Assembly: GCA_038207085.1 (NCBI GenBank)
Contig: JBBRAE010000006.1
Span: 88,184-152,183, forward strand
Direction of reading: 5' to 3'
Source: Armatimonadota bacterium
GTDB lineage: Bacteria; Armatimonadota; UBA5829; DTLH01
Length of the DNA stretch: 64,000 nt
Position 1 is the stretch's first letter. Every line of letters starts with the position of its first letter. Below, piece after piece: positions 1-9,975 of this stretch. The translations under genes were made by a program, and so were the position numbers. Below the pieces are notes generated by a model, which saw only the letters and a program-made list of their open reading frames with translations, was not told the origin of the DNA and did no database searches.

Positions 1-13
1 AGGGGCTAGTTAG

Positions 14-298
14 ATGAACATCCAGGGAATCGGAGCTAAGCTCCCGGCGCAGCCGACGGTCAAGATAGAAAAGCCCGGAGGCGACTTTGGTTCGACGATC
101 AAAGACGCGATCAACGATGTCAACAAAATGCAGGGCGACGCGGATCAGCTCGCAACCCGGCTCGCGACAGGCGACGCGGTGGAGGTCCACCAGGCCATGA
201 TCGCGATGCAAAAGGCGAGCCAGGCGCTCGGCCTTACTATTCAGGTTCGCAACAAGGTCATAGAGGCCTATCAGGAGATTATGAGAACGCAGGTGTAG
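14..298 (+). CDS. fliE: flagellar hook-basal body complex protein FliE
   Basis: C-terminal QVRNKVIEAYQEIMRTQV motif; precedes fliF. Confidence 0.95.
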   Translation: MNIQGIGAKLPAQPTVKIEKPGGDFGSTIKDAINDVNKMQGDADQLATRLATGDAVEVHQAMIAMQKASQALGLTIQVRNKVIEAYQEIMRTQV

Positions 299-302
299 GG
301 AG

Positions 303-333
303 AGTCGACAGTGGCTAGTTGCTAGTCGCCAGT
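303..333. repeat. degenerate 7-bp tandem repeat (AGTNGNN x4)
   Basis: agtcgac agtggct agttgct agtcgcc agt between fliE and fliF. Confidence 0.55.
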
Positions 334-368
334 AGAACCCAGCCAGAACAACACTTTGAGGACTTTGT

Positions 369-1928
369 ATGGACTTTTCTAAATTTGGACCACTACAGTC
401 GATAGCTAAGTTTATTTCGCAGCTTACAGGGACGCAGAAGTTTATCACTGCGCTTTTTGTGGCTACGAGCGTGGTTTTGCTCGTGGTTGTCTCTATGGTT
501 GCGACCAGGCCCAAGATGACGGTGCTCTTCTCTGGACTTCAGGGCGGGGACGCCGGGGCGATCATCGCCAAGCTCGAAGAGCAGAAGGTGGCGCATGAGA
601 TCGACGGAAACACGATCAAGGTGCCTGAGGCGCTCGTCGCCAAGACCCGTATGGAGCTTGCAAGCCAGGGGCTGCCTCAGAGCGGCAGCACTGGGTTTGA
701 GATATTCGACAAGGGCAACCAGTTCGGTATGACCGAGTTCAGCCAGAACTTGAACTACCAAAGGGCGCTTCAGGGCGAGCTGCAGAGGTCGATCGAAGGT
801 ATCGATTCTGTCGTGCAGTCCAGAGTGCTTTTGGCTATCCCCAAACAAGAGGTTTTTGACGACGGCAAGAAGAATCCGACCGCCTCGGTGCATTTGAAGC
901 TTCGGCCCGGCGCACAGTTGTCAAGCGATCAGGTGGCGGGAATCGTTCACCTCGTGAGCTCCGCAGTCGAGGGGATGGAGCCTAACGGCGTAACAGTGGT
1001 AGACACCGCAGGAAACCTGCTTTCTCAGGCAGTTGATAGCTCGACAGGGGTTGACCCGAGGATGACTTCCTCCCAGCTCAAACTCAAGAGTGACTATGAG
1101 CACGAGGTTGAGCGAAGCATCCAGACGATGCTGGAGCGGGTGCTTGGCCCCAACAAGGCGATTGTCAGAGTCTGCGCGGAGGTCGACTTTGACCGTCGTG
1201 AGACGGATCGAGAGACCTATCAGCCGGTTGGTGATCGTGGGCAGGGGGTCATCACGAGCGAAGAGAGGACCGAGGAAAGCTACGGAGGCGCAGGGGGAGC
1301 GCCTGGGCGGACCGGGGGAGTTGTCGGGATCGCAGCCAACACCGGGTCCGGTCGCAGGACTACAACCGCTGGCGCTCAGAACGGCTACCGCAGGGTTGAG
1401 TCGAGCGCGAAGTATCAAGTTTCAAAGACAGTTGAGCACGTAGTGAGCGCTCCTGGCAAGGTCGGAAGTATCTCGGTTGCGGTTATGGTCGACGGCAAAG
1501 TCGACTCGGCCAAGGTCACATCCATTCAGAACGTTGTCGCGACGGCGGCGGGGATAGATACCGAGCGCGGCGACAAGGTGACCGTCGAGAGTATGGCCTT
1601 TGATGACTCGACCTTCAAGAAAGAAGAGAAAGAGCTTGCGGCGGTCGCTTCCAAGTCGTCATATCTTTCGATGGGCAAGAGCGCACTTGGCGTGATTCTA
1701 TTGCTCGGGTTTTTGTTCTTCCTCAAGGGGATGTTCAAGAACGTTGGGTTTGCATCGGGAGTCGGGAGTAGTCAGACTACGGTGACGGAGATCGCGGCGA
1801 GCCCGGCGAGTATCGTTCAGGGCTACGACAGCACTTCACGCGGGATTGGCGGATCGGGGATGCCCGCGCCTCCTCAGGCCGCGCCCGAAGACGTGGCGAT
1901 GGCGCTTCGCAAATGGATGTCGGAATAG
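369..1928 (+). CDS. fliF: flagellar M-ring protein FliF
   Basis: N-terminal TM, GFEIFDK and NYQRALQGELQRSI motifs, C-terminal TM and ALRKWM. Confidence 0.97.
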   Translation: MDFSKFGPLQSIAKFISQLTGTQKFITALFVATSVVLLVVVSMVATRPKMTVLFSGLQGGDAGAIIAKLEEQKVAHEIDGNTIKVPEALVAKTRMELASQGLPQSGSTGFEIFDKGNQFGMTEFSQNLNYQRALQGELQRSIEGIDSVVQSRVLLAIPKQEVFDDGKKNPTASVHLKLRPGAQLSSDQVAGIVHLVSSAVEGMEPNGVTVVDTAGNLLSQAVDSSTGVDPRMTSSQLKLKSDYEHEVERSIQTMLERVLGPNKAIVRVCAEVDFDRRETDRETYQPVGDRGQGVITSEERTEESYGGAGGAPGRTGGVVGIAANTGSGRRTTTAGAQNGYRRVESSAKYQVSKTVEHVVSAPGKVGSISVAVMVDGKVDSAKVTSIQNVVATAAGIDTERGDKVTVESMAFDDSTFKKEEKELAAVASKSSYLSMGKSALGVILLLGFLFFLKGMFKNVGFASGVGSSQTTVTEIAASPASIVQGYDSTSRGIGGSGMPAPPQAAPEDVAMALRKWMSE

Positions 1929-1965
1929 TTGGCTGCCAGTTGCTGATAGTAAGTAGAGGATTTTA

Positions 1966-3111
1966 ATGTCAGGACAGGATGGGTTTGATCTTAGCGGCCT
2001 CGAAAAGGCCTGCATACTGCTGATGTCCTACGGGACAACTGTGGCGGCGGAGGTGTTCAAGCACCTGACCGAGCCTGAGATCGAGCAGATTTCAGGCGCG
2101 ATTGTCAGGATGCAGAACGTCGATGCGACCTTGATGGGGTCGGTGCTCTCAGAGTTCGATTCGATAACATCAGGGGCAAGCGGCAGCGTGAGCGGCAAGA
2201 ACTTCGCCGCGCAGGTGCTCGAACAGGCGATGGGCTCGGAGAAAGCAAGCCAGATGCTCGATCGCGCAAATACGCCGGGCAAGGGACGGCCGTTTGGGTC
2301 GCTCTGGGACTTGAACCCGACTCAGTTCTCTCGGGTATTAAGCGACGAGCACCCCCAGATCGCGGCGCTCGTGCTCACATACCTGCCCGCGGCCAAGTCG
2401 GCGGCTGTTCTGGCTGAACTTGAGCCAGGACTGCAGGCGGAGGTTGCCCACAGGATATGCACGCTTGAAGAGGCCGATCCGGAAGTCCTGGTGGCGATCG
2501 AAGAGACGCTTCAGGCGAAGCTAAACGCCACCTCTACCCAGCAGACGGCGTCGGGCGGCCCGAAGACGCTCGTTGACATTTTGAACAACGCAGAGCGTGC
2601 GACCGAACAGAACATCCTGAACTCGCTTGCCGAAAACGACCCCGAGGTCGGCGAGCAGGTGCGGGATCTTATGTTTACTTTTGAAGACCTTCCCAAGCTT
2701 GAGGATCGAACTGTTCAGCTCGTTCTAAGGGAAGTCGATCAGGAGGATCTGCGGCTTGCTCTGAAGGGCGCGAGCGATGAGATTCAGCAGCTTGTATTCA
2801 AAAACATGTCCGAGCGTGCGGCTGAAATGCTCCGCGAAGACCTGGAGCTTGTAGGAAACGCGCGGCAGAAGGATGTCGAGACGTCACAGCAGAAGCTAGT
2901 GCTCGTCGTCCGAAGGCTGATTGCAACCGGTGAGGCGTCGCTCAAAGAAGAAGGCGCGGAGACCAAAACAAGCGAAGAAGACGAACTTGCAGGGTGGGGC
3001 GAGCTTGGTGACTTTGCTATGGCCGCCGAAGCCGCTGAGTCGGGGGAAACCTCGGAAGGAGCAGGAGAGACTGATGAGCAGCCTGATCAAGAAGTCGACC
3101 TTGCTGCCTAG
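1966..3111 (+). CDS. fliG: flagellar motor switch protein FliG with acidic C-terminal extension
   Basis: EHPQIAALVL, GGPK, MFTFEDL and NMSERAA motifs. Confidence 0.96.
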   Translation: MSGQDGFDLSGLEKACILLMSYGTTVAAEVFKHLTEPEIEQISGAIVRMQNVDATLMGSVLSEFDSITSGASGSVSGKNFAAQVLEQAMGSEKASQMLDRANTPGKGRPFGSLWDLNPTQFSRVLSDEHPQIAALVLTYLPAAKSAAVLAELEPGLQAEVAHRICTLEEADPEVLVAIEETLQAKLNATSTQQTASGGPKTLVDILNNAERATEQNILNSLAENDPEVGEQVRDLMFTFEDLPKLEDRTVQLVLREVDQEDLRLALKGASDEIQQLVFKNMSERAAEMLREDLELVGNARQKDVETSQQKLVLVVRRLIATGEASLKEEGAETKTSEEDELAGWGELGDFAMAAEAAESGETSEGAGETDEQPDQEVDLAA

Positions 3112-3778
3112 TGGAGTGGCGGTCGGCGAGTGCCTGATCGACCCTTCACGAGCAAGAGTGAGAATAGAGAGTTCGAGGCTGTCATCGTCCACCTCACCTG
3201 AGGCGCAGGCGATTATGATTGTCGAGACTGCGCGTCAGCAGGCGGCGGCGATCATCTCTGAGGCAAGTGAGCAGGCAGAAACAATTCGTGCTGAAGCGGC
3301 GAGCCAGGGTTACGATGCCGGGCTCGTTGAGCTTGAGGCTGAGCGGCGCGTGATCGCCGAGAAGATGGCGGGTTTGGAGGGTGAGATTGCCCGGGAGCTT
3401 GATGCGTTCTGGGCCAAAACCGAGCCTGAGGTGCTTGGGCTTGCGCTTGAGATCGCAAAAAAGGTCGTCAAGCGCGAGATCGAGCAGACCCCTGAGTTTA
3501 TCCTGGGGATGGTGCGCGCGGCAATTCGGCAGCTTCGGGACAGAGCAGATTTGAAGATACGAGTGAACCCGAATGATTACACCGTTGTGCGGGAGCGAAA
3601 AGAAGAGATTATGAGCTCGTGTGACGGGATCAGAAACATCGAGGTTATCGAGGACAGGCGCGTCGGCGACGGCGGATGCCTGATCGAGTCAGCCGGTGGG
3701 ACGCTCGACGCGCGGGTCGAGGCGCAGTTTAGTGAAGTTGAACGAGCTCTATTGGAGGCGGCGGACAGTGCCAGTTGA
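3074..3778 (+). CDS. fliH: flagellar assembly protein FliH
   Basis: ATG 3074 after AGGAGA; GYDAG repeat region and GGCLIES..GTLDARVE motif; lies between fliG and fliI. Confidence 0.9.
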   Translation: MSSLIKKSTLLPSGVAVGECLIDPSRARVRIESSRLSSSTSPEAQAIMIVETARQQAAAIISEASEQAETIRAEAASQGYDAGLVELEAERRVIAEKMAGLEGEIARELDAFWAKTEPEVLGLALEIAKKVVKREIEQTPEFILGMVRAAIRQLRDRADLKIRVNPNDYTVVRERKEEIMSSCDGIRNIEVIEDRRVGDGGCLIESAGGTLDARVEAQFSEVERALLEAADSAS

Positions 3779-5105
3779 GATGCGACGACCTAGTCTTGAG
3801 AGATACCTGCCGATAGTCGAGCGCCTTAGCCCGATCAAGTTGATCGGCAAGGTCTCGCACGTGGTCGGGGTAGTGGTGGAAAGCCGCGGGCCCTCGGCGC
3901 ACCTGGGTGAGGTCTGTGAGATTCACTGCAAGAGGAACGTCCCTCCGATTCTCGCTGAAGTCGTCGGGTTTCGTGACAACACCGTGCTTTTGATGGCGCT
4001 TGGTGAGATGGACGAAATCGCACCGGAAAGCGATGTGGTCGCTACGGGGAGTTCGCTCAAAGTCGGCGTCGGGCCGGGACTTCTTGGCCGGGTGATCGAC
4101 GGGCTCGGGCGACCGATAGACGGCCTTGGGCCGATCGACTACGAGTGCCAGACGCTTGTCAGCCGGACACCTCCGGCTCCGATGGACCGGCGAAGGATCA
4201 CCGAGCCGCTTGCGATGGGAGTCCGGGCGATCGATGCGGCGCTTACCTGCGGCAAAGGCCAGAGGGTTGGTATTTTCGCCGGCAGCGGGGTCGGGAAAAG
4301 CACGCTTCTTGGTATGATCGCGCGGAACACGGCAGCTGACGTGAACGTGATTGCGCTCATTGGTGAGCGTGGCCGCGAGGTTCGGGACTTTATAGAAAAA
4401 GATTTGGGGCCGGAAGGCCTTGCGCGCTCGGTTGTGGTCGTGGCGACATCGGACCAGGTCGCAGTGGCCCGGCTTCGAGGGGCGATGGTCGCGACTTCGA
4501 TCGCGGAGTATTTCAGGGACCAGGGCGCGGACGTTATGCTGATGATGGACTCGGTTACACGAGTCGCATGGGCTCAGCGGGAGATGGGGCTTGCCGTCGG
4601 TGAACCGCCTACGACCAGGGGATACACCCCCTCGGTCTTCGCGATGCTTCCAAGGCTCCTTGAGCGGGCGGGAACATCGTCCAAGGGCTCGATTACGGGG
4701 CTTTACACAGTTTTGGTAGACGGAGACGATATGAACGAGCCGGTCGCGGACGCTGTGCGAAGTATCCTCGACGGGCACATCGTGCTCTCTCGCGAACTCG
4801 CGCACAGGAACCATTATCCGGCGATCGACATCCTTCAGAGCGTCAGCCGACTTATGCCGGAGGTCAGCTCACCTGAGCACAAAGCCGGCGCGTCGGAGCT
4901 TAGGGAAGTGCTAGCGACTTACAAGTCGGCGGAAGATTTGATCAATATCGGCGCTTATGTCGATGGGAGCAACGTGGGGATCGACCACGCGAAAGCGCAC
5001 ATCGAGGCGGTAAACGGGTTCTTAAAGCAGCCTGTGACCGACCGCGCACCCTTTGAAGAGACTGCTTCAGCGATTGGGTCGCTGTTTGGAGAGCAAAAGC
5101 CATGA
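3768..5105 (+). CDS. fliI: flagellar export ATPase FliI
   Basis: Walker A GSGVGKS, DSVTR and GEPPTTRGYTPS motifs; GTG start after GGAGG. Confidence 0.97.
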   Translation: MPVEMRRPSLERYLPIVERLSPIKLIGKVSHVVGVVVESRGPSAHLGEVCEIHCKRNVPPILAEVVGFRDNTVLLMALGEMDEIAPESDVVATGSSLKVGVGPGLLGRVIDGLGRPIDGLGPIDYECQTLVSRTPPAPMDRRRITEPLAMGVRAIDAALTCGKGQRVGIFAGSGVGKSTLLGMIARNTAADVNVIALIGERGREVRDFIEKDLGPEGLARSVVVVATSDQVAVARLRGAMVATSIAEYFRDQGADVMLMMDSVTRVAWAQREMGLAVGEPPTTRGYTPSVFAMLPRLLERAGTSSKGSITGLYTVLVDGDDMNEPVADAVRSILDGHIVLSRELAHRNHYPAIDILQSVSRLMPEVSSPEHKAGASELREVLATYKSAEDLINIGAYVDGSNVGIDHAKAHIEAVNGFLKQPVTDRAPFEETASAIGSLFGEQKP

Positions 5106-5557
5106 AGAAGTTTAGTTTCGGGCTGCAGAAGGTGCTCGATTATCGTCAGACGCTTGAAGATATCAGGCTTGCAGAGCTTGCAGGGCTTCAGGCAGAGCAC
5201 GAGTGTGAGTCCTCAAGGCTTACGCGCATGACCCAGGTCCGGGAGGAGTTCAAGTGCCAGATGCGCGAGATGCTCGCCTCAGGCGACCCGGAGTACATCA
5301 AGCAGGCGAACGCCTATCTCCATGACCTGACCGAGCGGGTGCTTCTTCAGAAGGCGAAGCACGACGAGGTCGCCGCGCGCAAAGATGCCAAGACCGATGA
5401 AGTGGTCGAAGCCGCCAAAGACCGTAAAGCGCTTGAACGACTGCGGGAGTACAAGGTTGTCGAGCACAGACACGACGGTTTTCGCGAGGAACAGAAGTTT
5501 TTGGACGAGATTGCATCGGTCCGGCACAACAGAACGAATGAGGCGAGGGCTTCTTAG
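5102..5557 (+). CDS. fliJ: flagellar export protein FliJ
   Basis: MKKFSFGLQKVLDYR N-terminus and EQKFLDEIA C-terminus; overlaps fliI stop. Confidence 0.93.
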   Translation: MKKFSFGLQKVLDYRQTLEDIRLAELAGLQAEHECESSRLTRMTQVREEFKCQMREMLASGDPEYIKQANAYLHDLTERVLLQKAKHDEVAARKDAKTDEVVEAAKDRKALERLREYKVVEHRHDGFREEQKFLDEIASVRHNRTNEARAS

Positions 5558-5558
5558 A

Positions 5559-6080
5559 ATGTTTGAGCATCTTCAGGCTGTGCAGGCGAGGATCGCTGAG
5601 ATCGAGCGCAAGTTCGGTTCGGTGCGCGGGGTAGTGGAAAGCCCGGGAGCATCGAGCTTCAAGCAGGTGATGAGGCGCACGTGCTCCCCTCCTGCCGCGC
5701 CGTGTCCGACCGATCTTGAGCCGGTGATACAGGCTGCGGCAGCGAAGTACGGAGTCGATGCCGCGGTCGTAAAAGGCGTCATTCAGGCCGAGTCGGGGTT
5801 CAACGCGAACGCGGTCTCTCCGGTCGGCGCTCGGGGACTTATGCAGCTTATGCCGGGGACGGCGCGAGCGCTTGGAGTGGACCCGAGCGATCCCGAGGAG
5901 TGCATCGACGGCGGAACGAAATATTTGAAACAGATGATCGACCGGTTCGGCAGTCTCGAAAGCGGCCTCGCGGCCTACAACGCGGGCCCTTCGGCGGTGA
6001 CTCGCTACGGCGGAGTGCCCCCGTACACAGAGACGCAGAACTATGTCCGAAAGGTCGTCGGATATATCGATCAGTATTGA
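5559..6080 (+). CDS. lytic transglycosylase (SLT domain)
   Basis: ES catalytic motif, GLMQLMP, AYNAG and ETQNYV; ATG 5559 right after the fliJ stop. Confidence 0.93.
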   Translation: MFEHLQAVQARIAEIERKFGSVRGVVESPGASSFKQVMRRTCSPPAAPCPTDLEPVIQAAAAKYGVDAAVVKGVIQAESGFNANAVSPVGARGLMQLMPGTARALGVDPSDPEECIDGGTKYLKQMIDRFGSLESGLAAYNAGPSAVTRYGGVPPYTETQNYVRKVVGYIDQY

Positions 6081-6192
6081 TCGTAAAAGAGTCAGGCTGT
6101 GGTAGATAGACAGAGCTGGGCGGCGGTCTACTTACCACAGCCTCTCAAACCAGAAAAGGAGGTGCGTTAACATAGCACAAATCACTAACCTG

Positions 6193-7656
6193 ATGCCTGA
6201 TGCGTCGGCGGCTGCGGGGATCCTGGCGACGGGAGCCGTGCAAGCCGGGGCAGCAGAAGGCGGAAACAGCGGAGGGTCCGAGTTTCAGGGGTTGGTCGAA
6301 AAGCTGATGCAGGGACTTCAAGAACATTCTGGAGTCGAGAAACAGGCCGGACAGCAGGTCGGAACTGAGACGCAGGAGAAACCGGAAACAACGGTCGATC
6401 CAGCGGCGCAGTTAGCCTTCCTGTTGGGGTCTATGGGAGTGGTTCAGCCGGTGACTGAAAAAGCGCCGGATGAAGTTACAGTCGCTCCCAGCGAGACAGT
6501 TCCAGTGGCAATCGAAGCCTTGACAACTCAGCAGATCGCGCCAACGCCGGGGACAGAGACCACGGAGCAGGCGGAGACGCCTGCAGAAGAATCGACCAGC
6601 ACGCCGCTTGAAACGGGTGCAACAGCAATACCCCAAAAGGGTGAGGCATTGGCGCAGCCGGGCGTCACTCAACCGGCGTACGCACAGGCCGTCGCGGCGG
6701 CAACTCAGGTGGCCGAACAGGCTCCCATCGTGGAGAACGAGAAGACCACCGACGCACAGCAAGTCGTCGCGCAGACGACCGAAACTGTGGCGCAACCCGA
6801 CGTGTCGGAGTCCGGCAAGACTGACGCCCAAAAGGCTGAAGACAAAGACACCGGTGCAGAACGAAAGGCGGAGGAACATCCTCTGTTTGACGCTGCGCGG
6901 GAAGGGCTCCTTGTCGGCGCTGCCCTGGAGAACAGGGTTGGAACCGTCGATGCCAAGGCCGCGCAGGCCAAGGCTGATGCGGCGGGCGTGAGTGGGGGGA
7001 TTGATTCGGCGCTTTCGAGCAACAAGACGGATGAGATTCCTGCAGTTGAGTCCAAGGCAGAAGGCCAAGATACGTCGTCGGCTGGTCAGCAACAGGCGGC
7101 GACCAATTTCGCCCCGACCTTTGAGATGAAACATACGGCTGAGAAGGTCGCTGAACCGACCGGAGTGGGGCAGAACGTCCCTCAGCCCGAACAAACTATG
7201 AGCGCGCGGATGATGAACCAGATCGTGCGCTCGGTGAAGACTCACACCTTTGAAGGTGGAGCTGAAATGACGCTTCGGCTCGATCCGCCGCACCTTGGGC
7301 AGATCCAGATGAACGTTGCAGTCGCAGACGGCGCGGTTACCGCGTCGCTCAAGACGAGCACGGAGTCGGCGCGCCAGATTCTTCAGTCGGACCTTGGAAG
7401 TCTGAAGCAGATGCTCGCAGACGCCGGGGTCAAAGTGGACCAGGTGGATGTCTCAGTAAGCACCAACCTGCATCAGCAGGCGTGGAACCCGTATTCGGGT
7501 TCACAGAACGACGCTGCGGGGCATGGGCAGGGTCGCTCGGCGGGTTGGAGCGGAGCGCGAGGGCTTGGCGCAAACGCGGGGCCTGAGCTTCTCGGGGCTG
7601 CGGCGGCGCAGGCTCAAACGAGCTACGCAAGCGGACAGATAAACTTCCTGGCCTAG
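6193..7656 (+). CDS. fliK: flagellar hook-length control protein FliK
   Basis: low-complexity A/T/E/Q N-region, LRLDPPHLG motif; precedes flgD. Confidence 0.92.
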   Translation: MPDASAAAGILATGAVQAGAAEGGNSGGSEFQGLVEKLMQGLQEHSGVEKQAGQQVGTETQEKPETTVDPAAQLAFLLGSMGVVQPVTEKAPDEVTVAPSETVPVAIEALTTQQIAPTPGTETTEQAETPAEESTSTPLETGATAIPQKGEALAQPGVTQPAYAQAVAAATQVAEQAPIVENEKTTDAQQVVAQTTETVAQPDVSESGKTDAQKAEDKDTGAERKAEEHPLFDAAREGLLVGAALENRVGTVDAKAAQAKADAAGVSGGIDSALSSNKTDEIPAVESKAEGQDTSSAGQQQAATNFAPTFEMKHTAEKVAEPTGVGQNVPQPEQTMSARMMNQIVRSVKTHTFEGGAEMTLRLDPPHLGQIQMNVAVADGAVTASLKTSTESARQILQSDLGSLKQMLADAGVKVDQVDVSVSTNLHQQAWNPYSGSQNDAAGHGQGRSAGWSGARGLGANAGPELLGAAAAQAQTSYASGQINFLA

Positions 7657-7817
7657 TGTCGGATCAGCTTGATTCTTGTGCATTGGCAACTGTTGCTACG
7701 AAGCATCGCACGCGGCAGATACCGATGGACAAAGCACAATATTCAAGATAAGCGTGCACTAGACTCAGGAAGCTTCTTTGGGGCGGACTCTTTTGGGTTC
7801 GCCCCACAAATGGAGGA

Positions 7818-8474
7818 ATGGATTTGAATACATCAGCAGTAAGCGGATCTTCGGGTTCTTTGATGTCGAGCACCGGCACGGGTGCGCTTGACAGAAACGC
7901 ATTCCTGAAGCTGCTCATAACCCAGATGTCCAACCAGGACCCAATGAAGCCTACGGATGACACGGAGTTCGTCTCGCAGCTTGCTCAGTTCTCAAGCCTG
8001 GAGCAGATGCAGAATATGAACACCAACCTGGACAAGTTCGTCGGTGTTCAGACGCTCACTCAGGCTACGGGGTGGATCGGCAAGGCTATTCAGTGGGTCG
8101 ATGCCGCCAGTGGCAAGAATGTCGCTGGGCAGGTAAAGAGTGTTACGTTTGAGGACGGGGTACCGAGTCTCGTTGTGCCGATGAACGTGAGCGTCAAGGG
8201 GAGCGACGGCAAATATACCCAGCAGATTCAGGAATACAACGTCCCGATGAGCTCGGTGAACAACGTCTTTACTGTCGAAGAGACACAGACCGTGTCTTCA
8301 GCTCTAAGCTGGATCGGTCGAAATGTTACCGGCACCGAACTTGGCGGGACGAAGACTATCACCGGCAAGGTCACGGGAGTTGAGTTCCGCAACGGGGTTA
8401 CAGTTCTTAACATGAAAGTCGGTGACACCGATAAGCAGATCGCACTTGCGACTGTGCAGAAGGTGGCTGAGTAG
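7818..8474 (+). CDS. flgD: flagellar hook capping protein FlgD
   Basis: FLKLLITQMSNQDPMKP and SQLAQFSSLEQM motifs. Confidence 0.95.
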   Translation: MDLNTSAVSGSSGSLMSSTGTGALDRNAFLKLLITQMSNQDPMKPTDDTEFVSQLAQFSSLEQMQNMNTNLDKFVGVQTLTQATGWIGKAIQWVDAASGKNVAGQVKSVTFEDGVPSLVVPMNVSVKGSDGKYTQQIQEYNVPMSSVNNVFTVEETQTVSSALSWIGRNVTGTELGGTKTITGKVTGVEFRNGVTVLNMKVGDTDKQIALATVQKVAE

Positions 8475-8504
8475 TCCGACAGTTTTACGTTAACTTGAAG
8501 CATG

Positions 8505-8541
8505 GGCCGGAGCAGACAATTTTGTTTGCTCCGGCCTTTTT
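8505..8541 (+). terminator. rho-independent terminator after flgD
   Basis: GGCCGGAGCAGACA/TGTTTGCTCCGGCC stem followed by TTTTT. Confidence 0.85.
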
Positions 8542-8791
8542 CTCGTTTGCTACTAAAGATACAGGCTGGGAATGTCATTATCTACATGTGGCGCAGCTTG
8601 CGTCGTCGATGGTGTTATCACGATTGGAAATGCAAGCGGCAAAGGCGCGATTTATTGAATGAGGATGAGACTGAGACTGAGACTAGTCCGGGGGATTACT
8701 TATGGCGGTTTAATGGGAGTTTGATGGCGGGCTACAGACCTGCAAAGATGGAACCGGGATTGCAATTTCGGGCAATCACATGGAGGTAGCT

Positions 8792-9328
8792 ATGAAAGTT
8801 GAACAGATGAGCGGTCCTCTTGCCGGAAATAATGTGGGGGAGGGGCCTCGGGTAATCGGAGGCAAGTTCCTCACATTTTTTCTGGCAGGAGAAGAATACG
8901 GACTTGAGATTCTAAAAGTCCAGGAGATTATCGGGATGATGGCGATTACGCCAGTGCCCAGGACGCCTGAGTTCGTGCGGGGGGTCGTCAACCTGCGGGG
9001 CAAGGTGATTCCTGTCGTCGACCTCAGGCTGAAGCTTGAAATGCCGAGCATTGATGCGACCGAAGAGACTTGCATCATCTTTGTCAGGGCGCAGGGGATC
9101 GAGATGGGGATCATCGTCGACTCGGTCTCGGAAGTGCTGCACATGCCGACTACGGACATCGACCCTGCGCCGTCCTTTGGCGCGTGCGTCCGGTCCGACT
9201 ATATTCTGGGGATCGGCAAAACCGACGGCAGCGTCAGGATTATCTTGGATGTGGACCGCGTGCTTACGGTGCAGGACGCAGCCGAGATCGTGGACGTGGC
9301 CGTTCCTGAAGAAGCATTGGCGGCGTAA
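8792..9328 (+). CDS. cheW: chemotaxis adaptor CheW
   Basis: FLTFFLAGEEYG, GVVNLRGKVIPVVDLR and IIVDSVSEV motifs; GGAGG RBS. Confidence 0.95.
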   Translation: MKVEQMSGPLAGNNVGEGPRVIGGKFLTFFLAGEEYGLEILKVQEIIGMMAITPVPRTPEFVRGVVNLRGKVIPVVDLRLKLEMPSIDATEETCIIFVRAQGIEMGIIVDSVSEVLHMPTTDIDPAPSFGACVRSDYILGIGKTDGSVRIILDVDRVLTVQDAAEIVDVAVPEEALAA

Positions 9329-9440
9329 ATGAAGTATTGGCCTTAACCTGATTCTTTGTAAGGCTCTTCTTTGTGCGGCAGTCCAAGAGGTCTGAAGATC
9401 ACAGCGATTCAATATCTCGACAGAGACGCAAAGGAGTGAG

Positions 9441-9944
9441 ATGTTAGTTCGTGAAAAGGGAGTAAAGCACGTCGTGGGGATCGCCGATATGAAGCTATCG
9501 GCCAGCGACGGTGACCAGATCATCACGCACGCTCTTGGCAGTTGCCTTGGAATTACGGTGTATGACCCGGTCGCGGGAGCTGGTGGCCTGCTTCATATCA
9601 TGCTGCCAATGTCCACGATAGATCCTGCCAAAGCGGCGGACAATCCGTTGATGTTTGTAGACACCGGAGTGCCGTTGCTCTTCAAAGAGTGTTACAAGCT
9701 CGGCGCGCGCAAGGAGCGCATGGTAGTCAAGGTGGCAGGCGGCGCATGCCTGCACGGCAATGAGGATACCGATTTCTTTGGCATCGGCAAACGAAACTTC
9801 ACGATGCTAAGGAAGCTGTTATGGAAAAACGGCGTGCTGCTCGAATCCTACGAGGTGGGAGGCGGCATATCTCGGACGATGTCCATGGATATCGGCTCGG
9901 GACAGGTGACGGTTCGGTCAAACAACGAAGTAAGACCGCTTTGA
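9441..9944 (+). CDS. cheD: chemoreceptor glutamine deamidase CheD
   Basis: LGSCLG, HIMLP, KVAGGA and IGKRN motifs. Confidence 0.95.
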   Translation: MLVREKGVKHVVGIADMKLSASDGDQIITHALGSCLGITVYDPVAGAGGLLHIMLPMSTIDPAKAADNPLMFVDTGVPLLFKECYKLGARKERMVVKVAGGACLHGNEDTDFFGIGKRNFTMLRKLLWKNGVLLESYEVGGGISRTMSMDIGSGQVTVRSNNEVRPL

Positions 9945-9975
9945 CTTTTGTGAAGTTGACATAAGGAGTTAAGAC

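Noticed and set aside
7683..7697. TGGCAACTGTTGC as a sigma-54 promoter for flgD
   Set aside because: GG-to-GC spacing is 8 nt, not the required 10.
7778..7806. Hairpin GGGGCGGACTC/GGGTTCGCCCC as another REP copy
   Set aside because: It lacks the GTAG foot and the conserved loop; probably an ordinary hairpin.
8554..8581. Possible sigma-28 promoter TAAA...TGTCATTA before cheW
   Set aside because: The -10 element matches GCCGATAA too poorly.
8502..8789. 95-aa ORF and (GAGACT)x3 upstream of cheW
   Set aside because: The ORF starts inside the flgD terminator and has no RBS or motif; the repeat is too short to interpret.
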